Of a stretch of DNA of 64,000 nucleotides, positions 40,628 through 48,939 are shown one piece after another. This stretch comes from an uncultured Desulfarculus sp. (GTDB taxonomy: Bacteria; Desulfobacterota; Desulfarculia; Desulfarculales; Desulfarculaceae). A program made the translations under genes and the position numbers. The notes under the pieces are model-generated. The model was not told the DNA's origin and searched no databases. It was given only the letters and a program-made list of their open reading frames with translations. The first letter of the stretch is position 1, and each line of letters starts with the position of its first letter. The DNA lies in NCBI GenBank assembly GCA_963665125.2, contig CAXXUK010000002.1, positions 1,184,001 to 1,248,000 on the forward strand, in the 5' to 3' direction.

Positions 40628-42181
40628 CTATTCAAACGTCTGTAAGTGTGAGCGCAAATTTACCTTTTTATTGCCGATGCCCAGCTTTGACCGGATATTT
40701 TTGCGGTGAAACGATATGGCGGGCTTGGATACGCCCAGAACATCGGCGATTTCCTGGCTGGTCTTGCCCTGGCGCACCAGTTCGGCTACCTCCAGTTCGG
40801 TGGGGGTGAGCCGGTCGGCCAGGGTCGACACCTGGCGCAGGTGCTGGCTGGACATCTCGCCAAGGTTGGTCATGGCCAGGTCGACGAGATTGCTCTGCTG
40901 GCGGTCCAGGGGCGTGAGCTTCAGACGTTGCAGATAGGGCAGGACCAGACTTTGCAGGCCCGAAGCGATGTCGCCAACCATCTGGGACATCTCCCGGTCG
41001 CGCAGGGCGGCCAAGGTGCGCAGGGCCGTGCCCGCCTCGCGGACGAGCTGTTCGTTGCGCTTCTGGTCGGAGAGATCCTGGAAATGGGCCACGAAATACA
41101 GGGGTGCGCCGTCGGAGGAGCGCACCAGCGAGGCGCTGACATGGACCCAGATCGTCTCGCCGGTCCGGTGGATCAGCTTGACCTCCAGCCAGAAATGATC
41201 CATGTCCCCGGCAATGGCCTGGCTCACCCGCTTGTCGATGATCTCCATGTCTTCCGGGAAGGTCATTTCGCCGATGCGCATGGCGGTGCACTGCTGTTCG
41301 CTGTAGCCGGACATTTGGGTGAAAAACGGGTTTACTTCCATAAAGCGGCCGTCGGGGTGGATTACGGCCATGCCCAGAGCGGCATGGTTAAAGGCCATGG
41401 CAAAACGCTCGGTGGTTTCCTGAAAAAGGCGCTCTTCCTGGTTGCGCTCGGTTACGTCCACGCCGATGGCCCAGGAATGCCAGCCGGGAATGGGAAACTG
41501 CTTGGAGACGTTGTACCAGGCGATGGTCCGCACGGTGCCGTCCAGGCAGACCAGCTCCAACTCGCGGTCGCGGAAATCATGGCCCCGGCCTCCGATGCCC
41601 AGGACCACGTTGCGGCGATAATCGGGGTCCGGATAGATCAGCTCCATCATTTTCGGGTCGCCGCCGTACTGGGCCAGGCTGTAGCCTGTTACCCTCTCGA
41701 ACTCCTTGTTCCAGAAGACCATGCAGTTGTCTTCGTCAAAGACCTCCAGCAAGATCGGCATGTTGTTGGCCACGGCCAGCATTTTTTCGTGGCCCTTGGC
41801 CAGGTTGTCCAGCTTGCGTCGGTGGGCCGTGATGTCGTGCATGACCACGCAAAACAGTGGTTTCGGGCCCTGGCCGACTACGCTTTGGGATACCTCCACG
41901 TGGATTGTCCGGCCGGAGCGGGTGCGCATCACGGCCTCGCCGGTTCGGCCGTCGGGTAGATCGGAACTGTGCAGCAGCCTTTTTTGGGGCAGATAGCCCG
42001 GAACGATTTCATGCACCTGCCTGCCGCGCACGGCTCCGGGATCGAGCTCGATTAGCGCCCCGGCGGCGGGGTTGGCGTGGACCACGGCCCCGGTCCCATT
42101 GACCAGCAATACCGCCCTGGGCAGGGCCTCGAGGCACTGCGCCGCCGTTTCCGGCGTTATGTCTGGTATCGGGTCGGCCAT
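40628..42181 (-). CDS. Multi-PAS, LuxR-type HTH transcriptional regulator
   Basis: Three PAS/PAC-like repeats and C-terminal 'LTPTELEVAELVRQGKTSQEIA...FHRKNIRSKLG'; start 42181 follows AGGAGG (ORF is open to 42274). Confidence 0.88.
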   Translation of the reverse strand: MADPIPDITPETAAQCLEALPRAVLLVNGTGAVVHANPAAGALIELDPGAVRGRQVHEIVPGYLPQKRLLHSSDLPDGRTGEAVMRTRSGRTIHVEVSQSVVGQGPKPLFCVVMHDITAHRRKLDNLAKGHEKMLAVANNMPILLEVFDEDNCMVFWNKEFERVTGYSLAQYGGDPKMMELIYPDPDYRRNVVLGIGGRGHDFRDRELELVCLDGTVRTIAWYNVSKQFPIPGWHSWAIGVDVTERNQEERLFQETTERFAMAFNHAALGMAVIHPDGRFMEVNPFFTQMSGYSEQQCTAMRIGEMTFPEDMEIIDKRVSQAIAGDMDHFWLEVKLIHRTGETIWVHVSASLVRSSDGAPLYFVAHFQDLSDQKRNEQLVREAGTALRTLAALRDREMSQMVGDIASGLQSLVLPYLQRLKLTPLDRQQSNLVDLAMTNLGEMSSQHLRQVSTLADRLTPTELEVAELVRQGKTSQEIADVLGVSKPAISFHRKNIRSKLGIGNKKVNLRSHLQTFE

Positions 42182-42326
42182 TTTCGCTAAGAGCCTCCTG
42201 CTGTGGGTTGCCTGGGCCAGCTTTTCACGCCCGGCCCCCAATGTCAAAGCCATAAAAGGACCAAGTCCTTGCATTTAATACCCGGATGGGTAAATTAACC
42301 TATTCGCAATTAACGGAGGTGGTTTT

Positions 42327-43475
42327 TTGAATTTCGAGCCCTGTGTCAAGCACAAGGTGGTGCGCTCCACGGTGCGGGAGTTTGCCGAGGCCGAATTGAG
42401 GCCCGTGGCCGCCGAGGTCGACGCCAACAGCCGCTTTCCCGTGGAGGTCATCGAAAAGATGGCCAAGCTCAATTATTTCGGCCTTCAGGCCCCCCGGGAC
42501 TGGGACGGGGCCGGGCTGGACACCATCAGCTACGCCATTGTCATCGAAGAGATTTCGCGGGTCTGCGCCGGGGTGGGCCTCTGCGTGACGGTGCACAACT
42601 CCGTGGCCCTGCATCCACTGATGCGCTTCGGCACCGACGAACAGAAAAAACGCCTGGCTCCTGATCTGATCTCGGGGCGGCGCATAGGGGCCTTTTGCCT
42701 CACCGAGGCCAACGCGGGCTCCGACGCCGGTGGCGTGGAGACCATGGCCGCCAGGACCGGGGAAGGCTATCTGCTCAACGGCACCAAGATCTTCGTGACC
42801 AACGGCGGGGTCTGCGGCCTGGCCTTGATGTTCTGCAAGACCGACCCCGACGACCCCAGGCGAGGGGCCAGCGTCTTGATGGTGGAAAAAGAGCGCCCCG
42901 GTTTCAGCGTGGGCGAGCTTGAGGACCTGTCGGGTATGCGCTGCAACCCGGTCTCGTCTCTGTTCATGGAGGACTGCCTGGTGCCCGAGGAAAACCTCCT
43001 GGGCCGCCTGGGTGACGGCATGATGATCGGCCTGGCCAGCCTGGACACCGGCAGGCTGGGCATCGCGGCCCAGGCCCTGGGCATCGCCCAGGGGGCCTTT
43101 GAGGCGGCGGTGAAATACGCCAAGGAGCGCAGGCAATTCGGCCAGCCCCTGGCCGGTTTCCAGACCATCCAGAACTATCTGGCCGACATGTCCACCAGCA
43201 TCGACGCCTCGCGGATGCTCTTGTACCGGGCCTGCGCGGCCAAGGACAGCGGAGCGCCCTTCAGCGCCGAGGCGGCCAAGGCCAAGCTGATGTGCTCGGC
43301 CACTGCCAGGGAGGTCTGCAACCTGGCCGTGCAGATCCACGGCGGCTGCGGCTACAGCAAGGAATACGACGTGGAGCGCTACAACCGCGACGCCAAGGTC
43401 ACCGAGATTTACGAAGGCACCAGCGAGGTCCAGCGCATGGTCATCGCCCGGTCCATCCTTTCGGCCCCCAGCTAG
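42327..43475 (+). CDS. Acyl-CoA dehydrogenase (short-chain/butyryl-CoA type)
   Basis: 'FCLTEANAGSD', 'NGTKIFVTNG', 'RRQFG', 'QIHGG' and catalytic 'IYEGTSE'. Confidence 0.94.
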   Translation: MNFEPCVKHKVVRSTVREFAEAELRPVAAEVDANSRFPVEVIEKMAKLNYFGLQAPRDWDGAGLDTISYAIVIEEISRVCAGVGLCVTVHNSVALHPLMRFGTDEQKKRLAPDLISGRRIGAFCLTEANAGSDAGGVETMAARTGEGYLLNGTKIFVTNGGVCGLALMFCKTDPDDPRRGASVLMVEKERPGFSVGELEDLSGMRCNPVSSLFMEDCLVPEENLLGRLGDGMMIGLASLDTGRLGIAAQALGIAQGAFEAAVKYAKERRQFGQPLAGFQTIQNYLADMSTSIDASRMLLYRACAAKDSGAPFSAEAAKAKLMCSATAREVCNLAVQIHGGCGYSKEYDVERYNRDAKVTEIYEGTSEVQRMVIARSILSAPS

Positions 43476-43499
43476 GCAGCGGCGGAGAAGATATAAAAC

Positions 43500-44318
43500 A
43501 TGAAGCTAGTCGTTTTCATGAAACAGGTCCCGGCGGTGAGTGAACTGCCGTGGAACCCCAAGACCGGCAGCCTGCGCCGCGAACAGGCCCGGGGCATGAT
43601 GAATCCGGCCTGCCGCCACGCCCTGGAGGCCGCCCTGCGCCTCAAGGATATCCACGGCGGCGAGATCACGGCCATCAGCATGGGCCCGCCCTCGGCCGAG
43701 GAGATCTTGCGCCAGGCCATGGCCCTTGGCGCCGACCGGGCGGTGCTCTTAAGCGACCGGCGCCTTGCCGGGGCCGACACCCCGGCAACGTCTTATACGC
43801 TTTCGCTGGCCGTGCGGGCCATGTGCCCCGGCTTTGATCTGCTGCTGTTGGGCAGCCACACCACCGATTCGGAAACCGGCCAGGTGGGGCCCCATCTGGC
43901 CGAGGAACTGGACTTGCCATCGGCCATCAACGTGGAAGGTTTGACCGTCAGCGGTGGCGTGTTGCGAGCCAAGCGCATCTGCGACAATTTCCTGGAAGAG
44001 CTGGAGATGGATCTTCCGGCCCTGGTCACCGTGACCACCACGGGCCACCAGCCCAGGGACATCCCCATGGCCGGGCTGGAGGATGCATTCAGCGGCGGCA
44101 AGTTCATCGTGATGAACGCCGAGGATATCCGGGCCGACCTTTATCACGTGGGCTGGGCCGGTTCGGCCGGACGCACCCTGCGGGTCTACGCGCCGGAGCA
44201 AAAGCAGAAGGGCAGCCTGATCAAGGGTGCGCCCAAGAAATGCGTGTTGGAACTGTTGGAGCGCCATGGCGAATTGCTCTCGGGTTTGATCAAAAAAGAC
44301 CTTGGGGTGGGCCAATGA
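43500..44318 (+). CDS. etfB: Electron transfer flavoprotein beta subunit
   Basis: 'KQVP', 'SMGP', 'AGADT' and 'DSETGQVGP'. Confidence 0.92.
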   Translation: MKLVVFMKQVPAVSELPWNPKTGSLRREQARGMMNPACRHALEAALRLKDIHGGEITAISMGPPSAEEILRQAMALGADRAVLLSDRRLAGADTPATSYTLSLAVRAMCPGFDLLLLGSHTTDSETGQVGPHLAEELDLPSAINVEGLTVSGGVLRAKRICDNFLEELEMDLPALVTVTTTGHQPRDIPMAGLEDAFSGGKFIVMNAEDIRADLYHVGWAGSAGRTLRVYAPEQKQKGSLIKGAPKKCVLELLERHGELLSGLIKKDLGVGQ

Positions 44319-45331
44319 GCGCCAAACAAAAGCCAAAAAAGGCCATCTGGGTCTTTGGCGACTATCGCAATTATTTCCAGAACCGGGTCACCCTGCAACT
44401 CATCGCCAAGGCCAGGGAACTGGCCCAGGCCATTGACGCCGAGACCGCGGTGACGGTCTTCGGGCACAATGTGGACGAGTGGGTGGGCGAATACATCGCC
44501 CACGGCGCGGACAAGGTCTATGTGGCGGATCATCCGTCCCTGGATAACTATCTGATCCAGACCTACACCCGGCTGTTGCAGCATTTGGCCGTGCGCCACT
44601 GGCCGGAGATCATTTTGGTGGGGGCCACGGGATTCGGCAAGGAACTGGCCGCCAGGGTGGCCAGCCGCCTGGGCACGGGCCTCACCGCCGATTGCGTCAG
44701 GCTCGGCCTGGACGATGACGGCGCGTTTGTTCAGACCGCCCCGGCGTTCGGCGGCAACCTGCTGGCCGATATCGCCATCCCCAAGGCCCGGCCCCAGATG
44801 GCCACGGTTCGGCCCGGCGCGTTCAAGGAACTGTCCCACGACTACGATCGAACGGGCGAAATCGTGCGGGTGGATCTGCCCGCCGATCTGCCGCCCGAGC
44901 GGGTGCGCCTGATCAGCAGCACCAGGGTGGAGTCCAAGGAGCAGGGCCTGGCCAAGGCCAAGGTGGTGATCTGCGGCGGCAGGGGCATGGGCAGCCGCCA
45001 GAAGTTCCGCAACCTGGCCGAGTTGGCCCGGCTGTTGGGCGGCGAGGTGGGGGCCACCCGCCCCGCTGTTTACGAGGGCTGGGCCGACGAGGAGATGCTC
45101 ATCGGCCAGACCGGCAAGGAGGTGCGGCCCGACGTGCTGTTTTCTTTCGGCGTGTCCGGGGCCATTCAGCATACGGCGGGCATCCAGGACGCCAAGTTCG
45201 TGGTGGCCGTGAACAAGAACCCCGGCGCCATGATGATGCAGATGGCCGACGTGGCCATAGCCGGAGACGCCAACCATGTCTGCCTGGCCCTGATCCGCGA
45301 GATCCGCCAGCGGTTGGAGGATCAGGAGTGA
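44315..45331 (+). CDS. etfA: Electron transfer flavoprotein alpha subunit
   Basis: ATG 44315 overlaps the etfB stop; 'GLTADC', 'GGRG', 'GATRP', 'IGQTG' and 'SGAIQH'. Confidence 0.92.
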   Translation: MSAKQKPKKAIWVFGDYRNYFQNRVTLQLIAKARELAQAIDAETAVTVFGHNVDEWVGEYIAHGADKVYVADHPSLDNYLIQTYTRLLQHLAVRHWPEIILVGATGFGKELAARVASRLGTGLTADCVRLGLDDDGAFVQTAPAFGGNLLADIAIPKARPQMATVRPGAFKELSHDYDRTGEIVRVDLPADLPPERVRLISSTRVESKEQGLAKAKVVICGGRGMGSRQKFRNLAELARLLGGEVGATRPAVYEGWADEEMLIGQTGKEVRPDVLFSFGVSGAIQHTAGIQDAKFVVAVNKNPGAMMMQMADVAIAGDANHVCLALIREIRQRLEDQE

Positions 45332-45343
45332 GGGGCTGGCCTC

Positions 45344-45850
45344 TCACTCCTGTTTCGTACGCCGCCGGGCGGCCAGCCAGGAAAACACGCCGAAGATGAA
45401 CATGAAGGCGCTGAGGCCCCATGCGGCCTTGGCCCAGGTCGGCACGCCCTGATCGCTGGACTGGGCGGCCTGCTTGGCGGTTTGGCATTCAGGTCCGGCA
45501 TCCACGGTCAATTCGGCCCGGTGGCCCATGCCGTCGTTGGCCACCAGGGTCCACTTGCCCTGCCTGTCCGGCACAAAGGCGAAGAACCCTTTGGCGTCGG
45601 CGTTGCCCGCCTGGTATGTCTTGCCGTCGGGCCCGGTCAGCTTTATCTTGACGAAAGACATCGGATCCCCGCCGTCGTAATAAGCCTGCAAGACCATGGC
45701 CCGGCCGGGCAGGCAGCTCATGTGCACGCCGTGGGCCAGGCAGACTGTGGGCCATATGGCCAGGCAAAACACAATGGTGGTCAGCGGCAGCGCCATGATC
45801 AGGCGAGGCGTCCGGCCACGGACTCTGGATTTGTGTTGGTGTTCAGTCAT
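45344..45850 (-). CDS. NikL/CbiL-like accessory Ni/Co-transport protein
   Basis: Signal peptide then 'AHGVH', 'AYYDGGDPM', 'GFFAFVP', 'DGMGH' and a C-terminal TM; start uncertain. Confidence 0.7.
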   Translation of the reverse strand: MTEHQHKSRVRGRTPRLIMALPLTTIVFCLAIWPTVCLAHGVHMSCLPGRAMVLQAYYDGGDPMSFVKIKLTGPDGKTYQAGNADAKGFFAFVPDRQGKWTLVANDGMGHRAELTVDAGPECQTAKQAAQSSDQGVPTWAKAAWGLSAFMFIFGVFSWLAARRRTKQE

Positions 45851-46028
45851 TTTTTCTTTCCTGCGACGCAGGCGCCGCTTCATTTCGCGGATGGTCGGCG
45901 GGGCGCCGGGGAAACCCTCAAACCAAGAACGGAAGCTGTAATTGGTACGGCCCGTGCACCAAACCGAACAGCCGCCGTCTTGCCCCGGAGCCCCGCTTGT
46001 CCATCCAGGTACCTTGTCAAACCGCTAA

Positions 46029-48026
46029 TCAATATTCATAGCTGAGCGTGACCAGGAACCTTGTTCCATCGTTGCCCGCGTAATATGTTGTGTTGGCCAG
46101 AGGCAGAACGAACTCTGAGTATTGCTCGTCAAACAGGTTGTTCACGTCAAAGGCCAGCTTCCAGTTGTTCCAAAGCTTCTGGCTGATGCGCAGGTCAACC
46201 ACGTCGAAGCCCTCGGCCGAATAGTCGTTGGCCGGGGTCACGTACCAGTCGCCCACCTTGCGGTACCACACGTTGATGGAGGTCTCGGTGGGGAAGGTGT
46301 ACTTCACGCCGGCGGTGAAGATATAGTCCGGGATGAAGCGGATGTCCTTGTCCTTGTTGGTCCCGGCCTCATAGGTGGCGTCCTGCAAGGTCAGGGCGGT
46401 GAAGAACTCAAAGCGCTCGAACGGAGTCAGGCGCAGTTCGATCTCGTGGCCCTGGCGGAAAGTCTCGCCTTCATAGGCATAGTAGCCGGTGGGCAGTTGG
46501 GTGATCTCGTCCTCGTTGGTGCTCTGGAAATAGGCATAGCGCAGGCTGAGCCAGGTCCAGGGGTTGGCCATGAAACCGACTTCCCATGAACGCAGCATCG
46601 AGGCGTCGGGCGCGTCTTCATTATAGGCCGCGTCGGCCACCGGCAACTGGAAGGTGGTGCCGTAGTTGGCGTAGAGCCGGTAGTTTTCCAGGAAGGTGTA
46701 GATGGCGCCGGCTGACCATGTCCAGATGTTGTAGTCGTGCAGGTCCCTGGTCACGTCGTCCATTTTCTGTTCCAGGGTGCCGTTGAAGGTGTCGTAGCGC
46801 AGGCCGCCGAACAGGCGCAGACACTCAATGGGGTTGTAGTTGGCCTTGGCGTAGAATCCCAGGTTTTCAAACTCGTATTCGTCGTCGTGGACCATGCCCG
46901 TGCGGGTGCGGTAGGTGGTGTTGTAGCGCTCGTCAATGGTCTTGTAGTGGCGCAACTCGCCGCCGAAGTCCAGGTGCGCGGCGCCCGCGGCGCCAAGGTC
47001 CATTTCATAGCCCAGGTTGGCCAGGGTGCCCATGATCGTCTGTTCGTAGTGGTATTCCTGCTGGGCCTGGGCTCCGATGGGCACCGTCCAGAAACGGCTG
47101 TAATCGTCATGGGATATCCAGGCCTTGACCTCCAGGGGCAGATCGGCGGTAATGTCCCAGTTGTAATGGACCTGGGCCTCGTTAAAGGTCTTGTGGCCGC
47201 CGTCGTTTTTGGTGTTGTCGGCCTTGGGGTCGTATTCCCACACGGCCTTGGAGATATAGCCGGGCGAGCCCCATTGGGAGTCGAAGGTGTGCAGCACCAG
47301 GCCCAGCTCTGAACTTTCGCCGGGGCGGTAGAACCACTTGCCGTAGGCGTTCTTGCGGGTGTAGGCGCTGTTGTCGCGGTAGCCGTCGGTGTGGTAATAC
47401 TCGCCGGAATAAATCTGGTTGAATTTGCCCTCCAGCAGTTCACCACCGTAAGAGGCATATCCCTTGTAGGTGTTGCAGTCGCCCCCGGATATTTTGGCCT
47501 TTAAAAAATCGCCGCGTTTGCGCGTGGTAAAGTGAATGGAACCGGCCCGGGCCCAGTTGCCGTATCGTTTATCAATGGGGCCCTTTACGGCGACCACCTG
47601 TTCTATGTCATCGACGATGATCTGGTTGATGTCGATGGAGCCGTCGCCGTTTTCAATGTAGTTGTTGAAGGGTATGCCGTCCACCGTGGCCAGGGCGCCC
47701 TTGCCGTGGGGCAGGTACCAACCGCGCATGGTAAAGCCGTTGGGCACGCCGCCGAAGTTGTAGTTCATGATGGTGACGCCGGGCACCAGCCGTAGAAGGT
47801 CCAGGGCCTTTTCGGCGTTGTAATCGTCGATAACGTCCGTGCCGATGACATCAACGCTGCCAGGCAGGTCCCACCGGGCATTGTTGTCGGTGACCACCAT
47901 CTCGCCGATGTTCATTACCACTTCACTGTCCTGGGGCTGGTCTTGAGCCCACGCCGAACCCAGGGGAATGATTAAAGCGGCAATCAGGGCCGCCCACAGC
48001 GTTAATTTGTATAGTTGGTTGTTCAT
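46029..48026 (-). CDS. TonB-dependent outer-membrane receptor
   Basis: Signal peptide, TonB box-like 'EMVVT', plug 'LVPGV..MRG..VDGIP..IEQVVAVKGP', 'NNLFDEQY' and aromatic C-terminus 'SYEY'. Confidence 0.92.
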   Translation of the reverse strand: MNNQLYKLTLWAALIAALIIPLGSAWAQDQPQDSEVVMNIGEMVVTDNNARWDLPGSVDVIGTDVIDDYNAEKALDLLRLVPGVTIMNYNFGGVPNGFTMRGWYLPHGKGALATVDGIPFNNYIENGDGSIDINQIIVDDIEQVVAVKGPIDKRYGNWARAGSIHFTTRKRGDFLKAKISGGDCNTYKGYASYGGELLEGKFNQIYSGEYYHTDGYRDNSAYTRKNAYGKWFYRPGESSELGLVLHTFDSQWGSPGYISKAVWEYDPKADNTKNDGGHKTFNEAQVHYNWDITADLPLEVKAWISHDDYSRFWTVPIGAQAQQEYHYEQTIMGTLANLGYEMDLGAAGAAHLDFGGELRHYKTIDERYNTTYRTRTGMVHDDEYEFENLGFYAKANYNPIECLRLFGGLRYDTFNGTLEQKMDDVTRDLHDYNIWTWSAGAIYTFLENYRLYANYGTTFQLPVADAAYNEDAPDASMLRSWEVGFMANPWTWLSLRYAYFQSTNEDEITQLPTGYYAYEGETFRQGHEIELRLTPFERFEFFTALTLQDATYEAGTNKDKDIRFIPDYIFTAGVKYTFPTETSINVWYRKVGDWYVTPANDYSAEGFDVVDLRISQKLWNNWKLAFDVNNLFDEQYSEFVLPLANTTYYAGNDGTRFLVTLSYEY

Positions 48027-48104
48027 GATGCGTTAGTCCTTTGCCAATGACCAGCTTCGCTGATATGCGCGTCCGGCGGCGAATCATGGCCGCCGGCAAT
48101 AGCA

Positions 48105-48136
48105 ACCACGGCTCCGGTAGCGGGACCGGAGCCGTG
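48105..48136. terminator. Strong intercistronic hairpin
   Basis: CCACGGCTCCGGT-N6-ACCGGAGCCGTGG, a perfect 13-bp stem without a clear U tail on the minus strand. Confidence 0.5.
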
Positions 48137-48151
48137 GCGTTTGGTTGCCAG

Positions 48152-48919
48152 TTACTTCAGCTCAAAGGTAAGAACCGCGGTCTGGGCGAAGGTGTCGCAC
48201 TTGGACAGGTCCTTGAACGGCTCCTTTTGGAACGTCCGCACCAGCCAAAGGCCGTCATGCCACAGCTTGACGTTGACCTTGCCGTCCTTGTCGGTCCTTT
48301 GATAAAAGGCCATGGCCTTGCCGTCTTTGGTGAAACCGGCAAAGGTGGCCGTCACCTCGGCCTTGGCCATGGGTTTGCCGTCCAACAGCACCTGCACCGG
48401 CAGCTCATCACCGGCCTTGAGGTTGGCCGGGTTGACCAGGGGCACAATCTCCAACGCCGCGCCCACGGGCTTGCTTACGTCACCGGCGGCGCCACCGACA
48501 TTGACGATTGCCTTGGCGAATTTGACGTAACGGCCGCAAGTTGTGGCGTCGGGCACTTCATTCTTGGGCTTGTTGACCGTGCCCTCGGGAGACTTGGTGT
48601 ACCACATGGGCACGCGGCCGCCGGCGATGACATAGGTGCCCTTGGGCAGGTTTTCGACGCTGACGAACTTCATTTCACCGGCTGGCTTGGTCTTGATCAC
48701 CGAAGCGGGGCCGATGATCCGGGGCTGGTCGATGAGGTCCATCTCCAGGGGCTCTCCATTGGGAAATTCATGGCCGTAACCGATGTCCATGATCAGATTC
48801 TGGCCGGGCGCGCAGGTCGGGGCGGTGATCCACATGTCGTGGGCCTGAGCGGCCTGGGGGGCGAATAACGCGGCCGTAAACAGGGCGGCCAGGGCTAATA
48901 TACGCAAATTGGTTTTCAT
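48152..48919 (-). CDS. DUF4198 periplasmic protein (Ni/Co-uptake associated)
   Basis: Signal peptide ending AQA-H, 'IGYGHEFP', 'KFAKAIV', 'LEIVPLVNP' and 'TDKDGK'. Confidence 0.85.
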   Translation of the reverse strand: MKTNLRILALAALFTAALFAPQAAQAHDMWITAPTCAPGQNLIMDIGYGHEFPNGEPLEMDLIDQPRIIGPASVIKTKPAGEMKFVSVENLPKGTYVIAGGRVPMWYTKSPEGTVNKPKNEVPDATTCGRYVKFAKAIVNVGGAAGDVSKPVGAALEIVPLVNPANLKAGDELPVQVLLDGKPMAKAEVTATFAGFTKDGKAMAFYQRTDKDGKVNVKLWHDGLWLVRTFQKEPFKDLSKCDTFAQTAVLTFELK

Positions 48920-48939
48920 CTCATAAATCCTTTGCTTGT

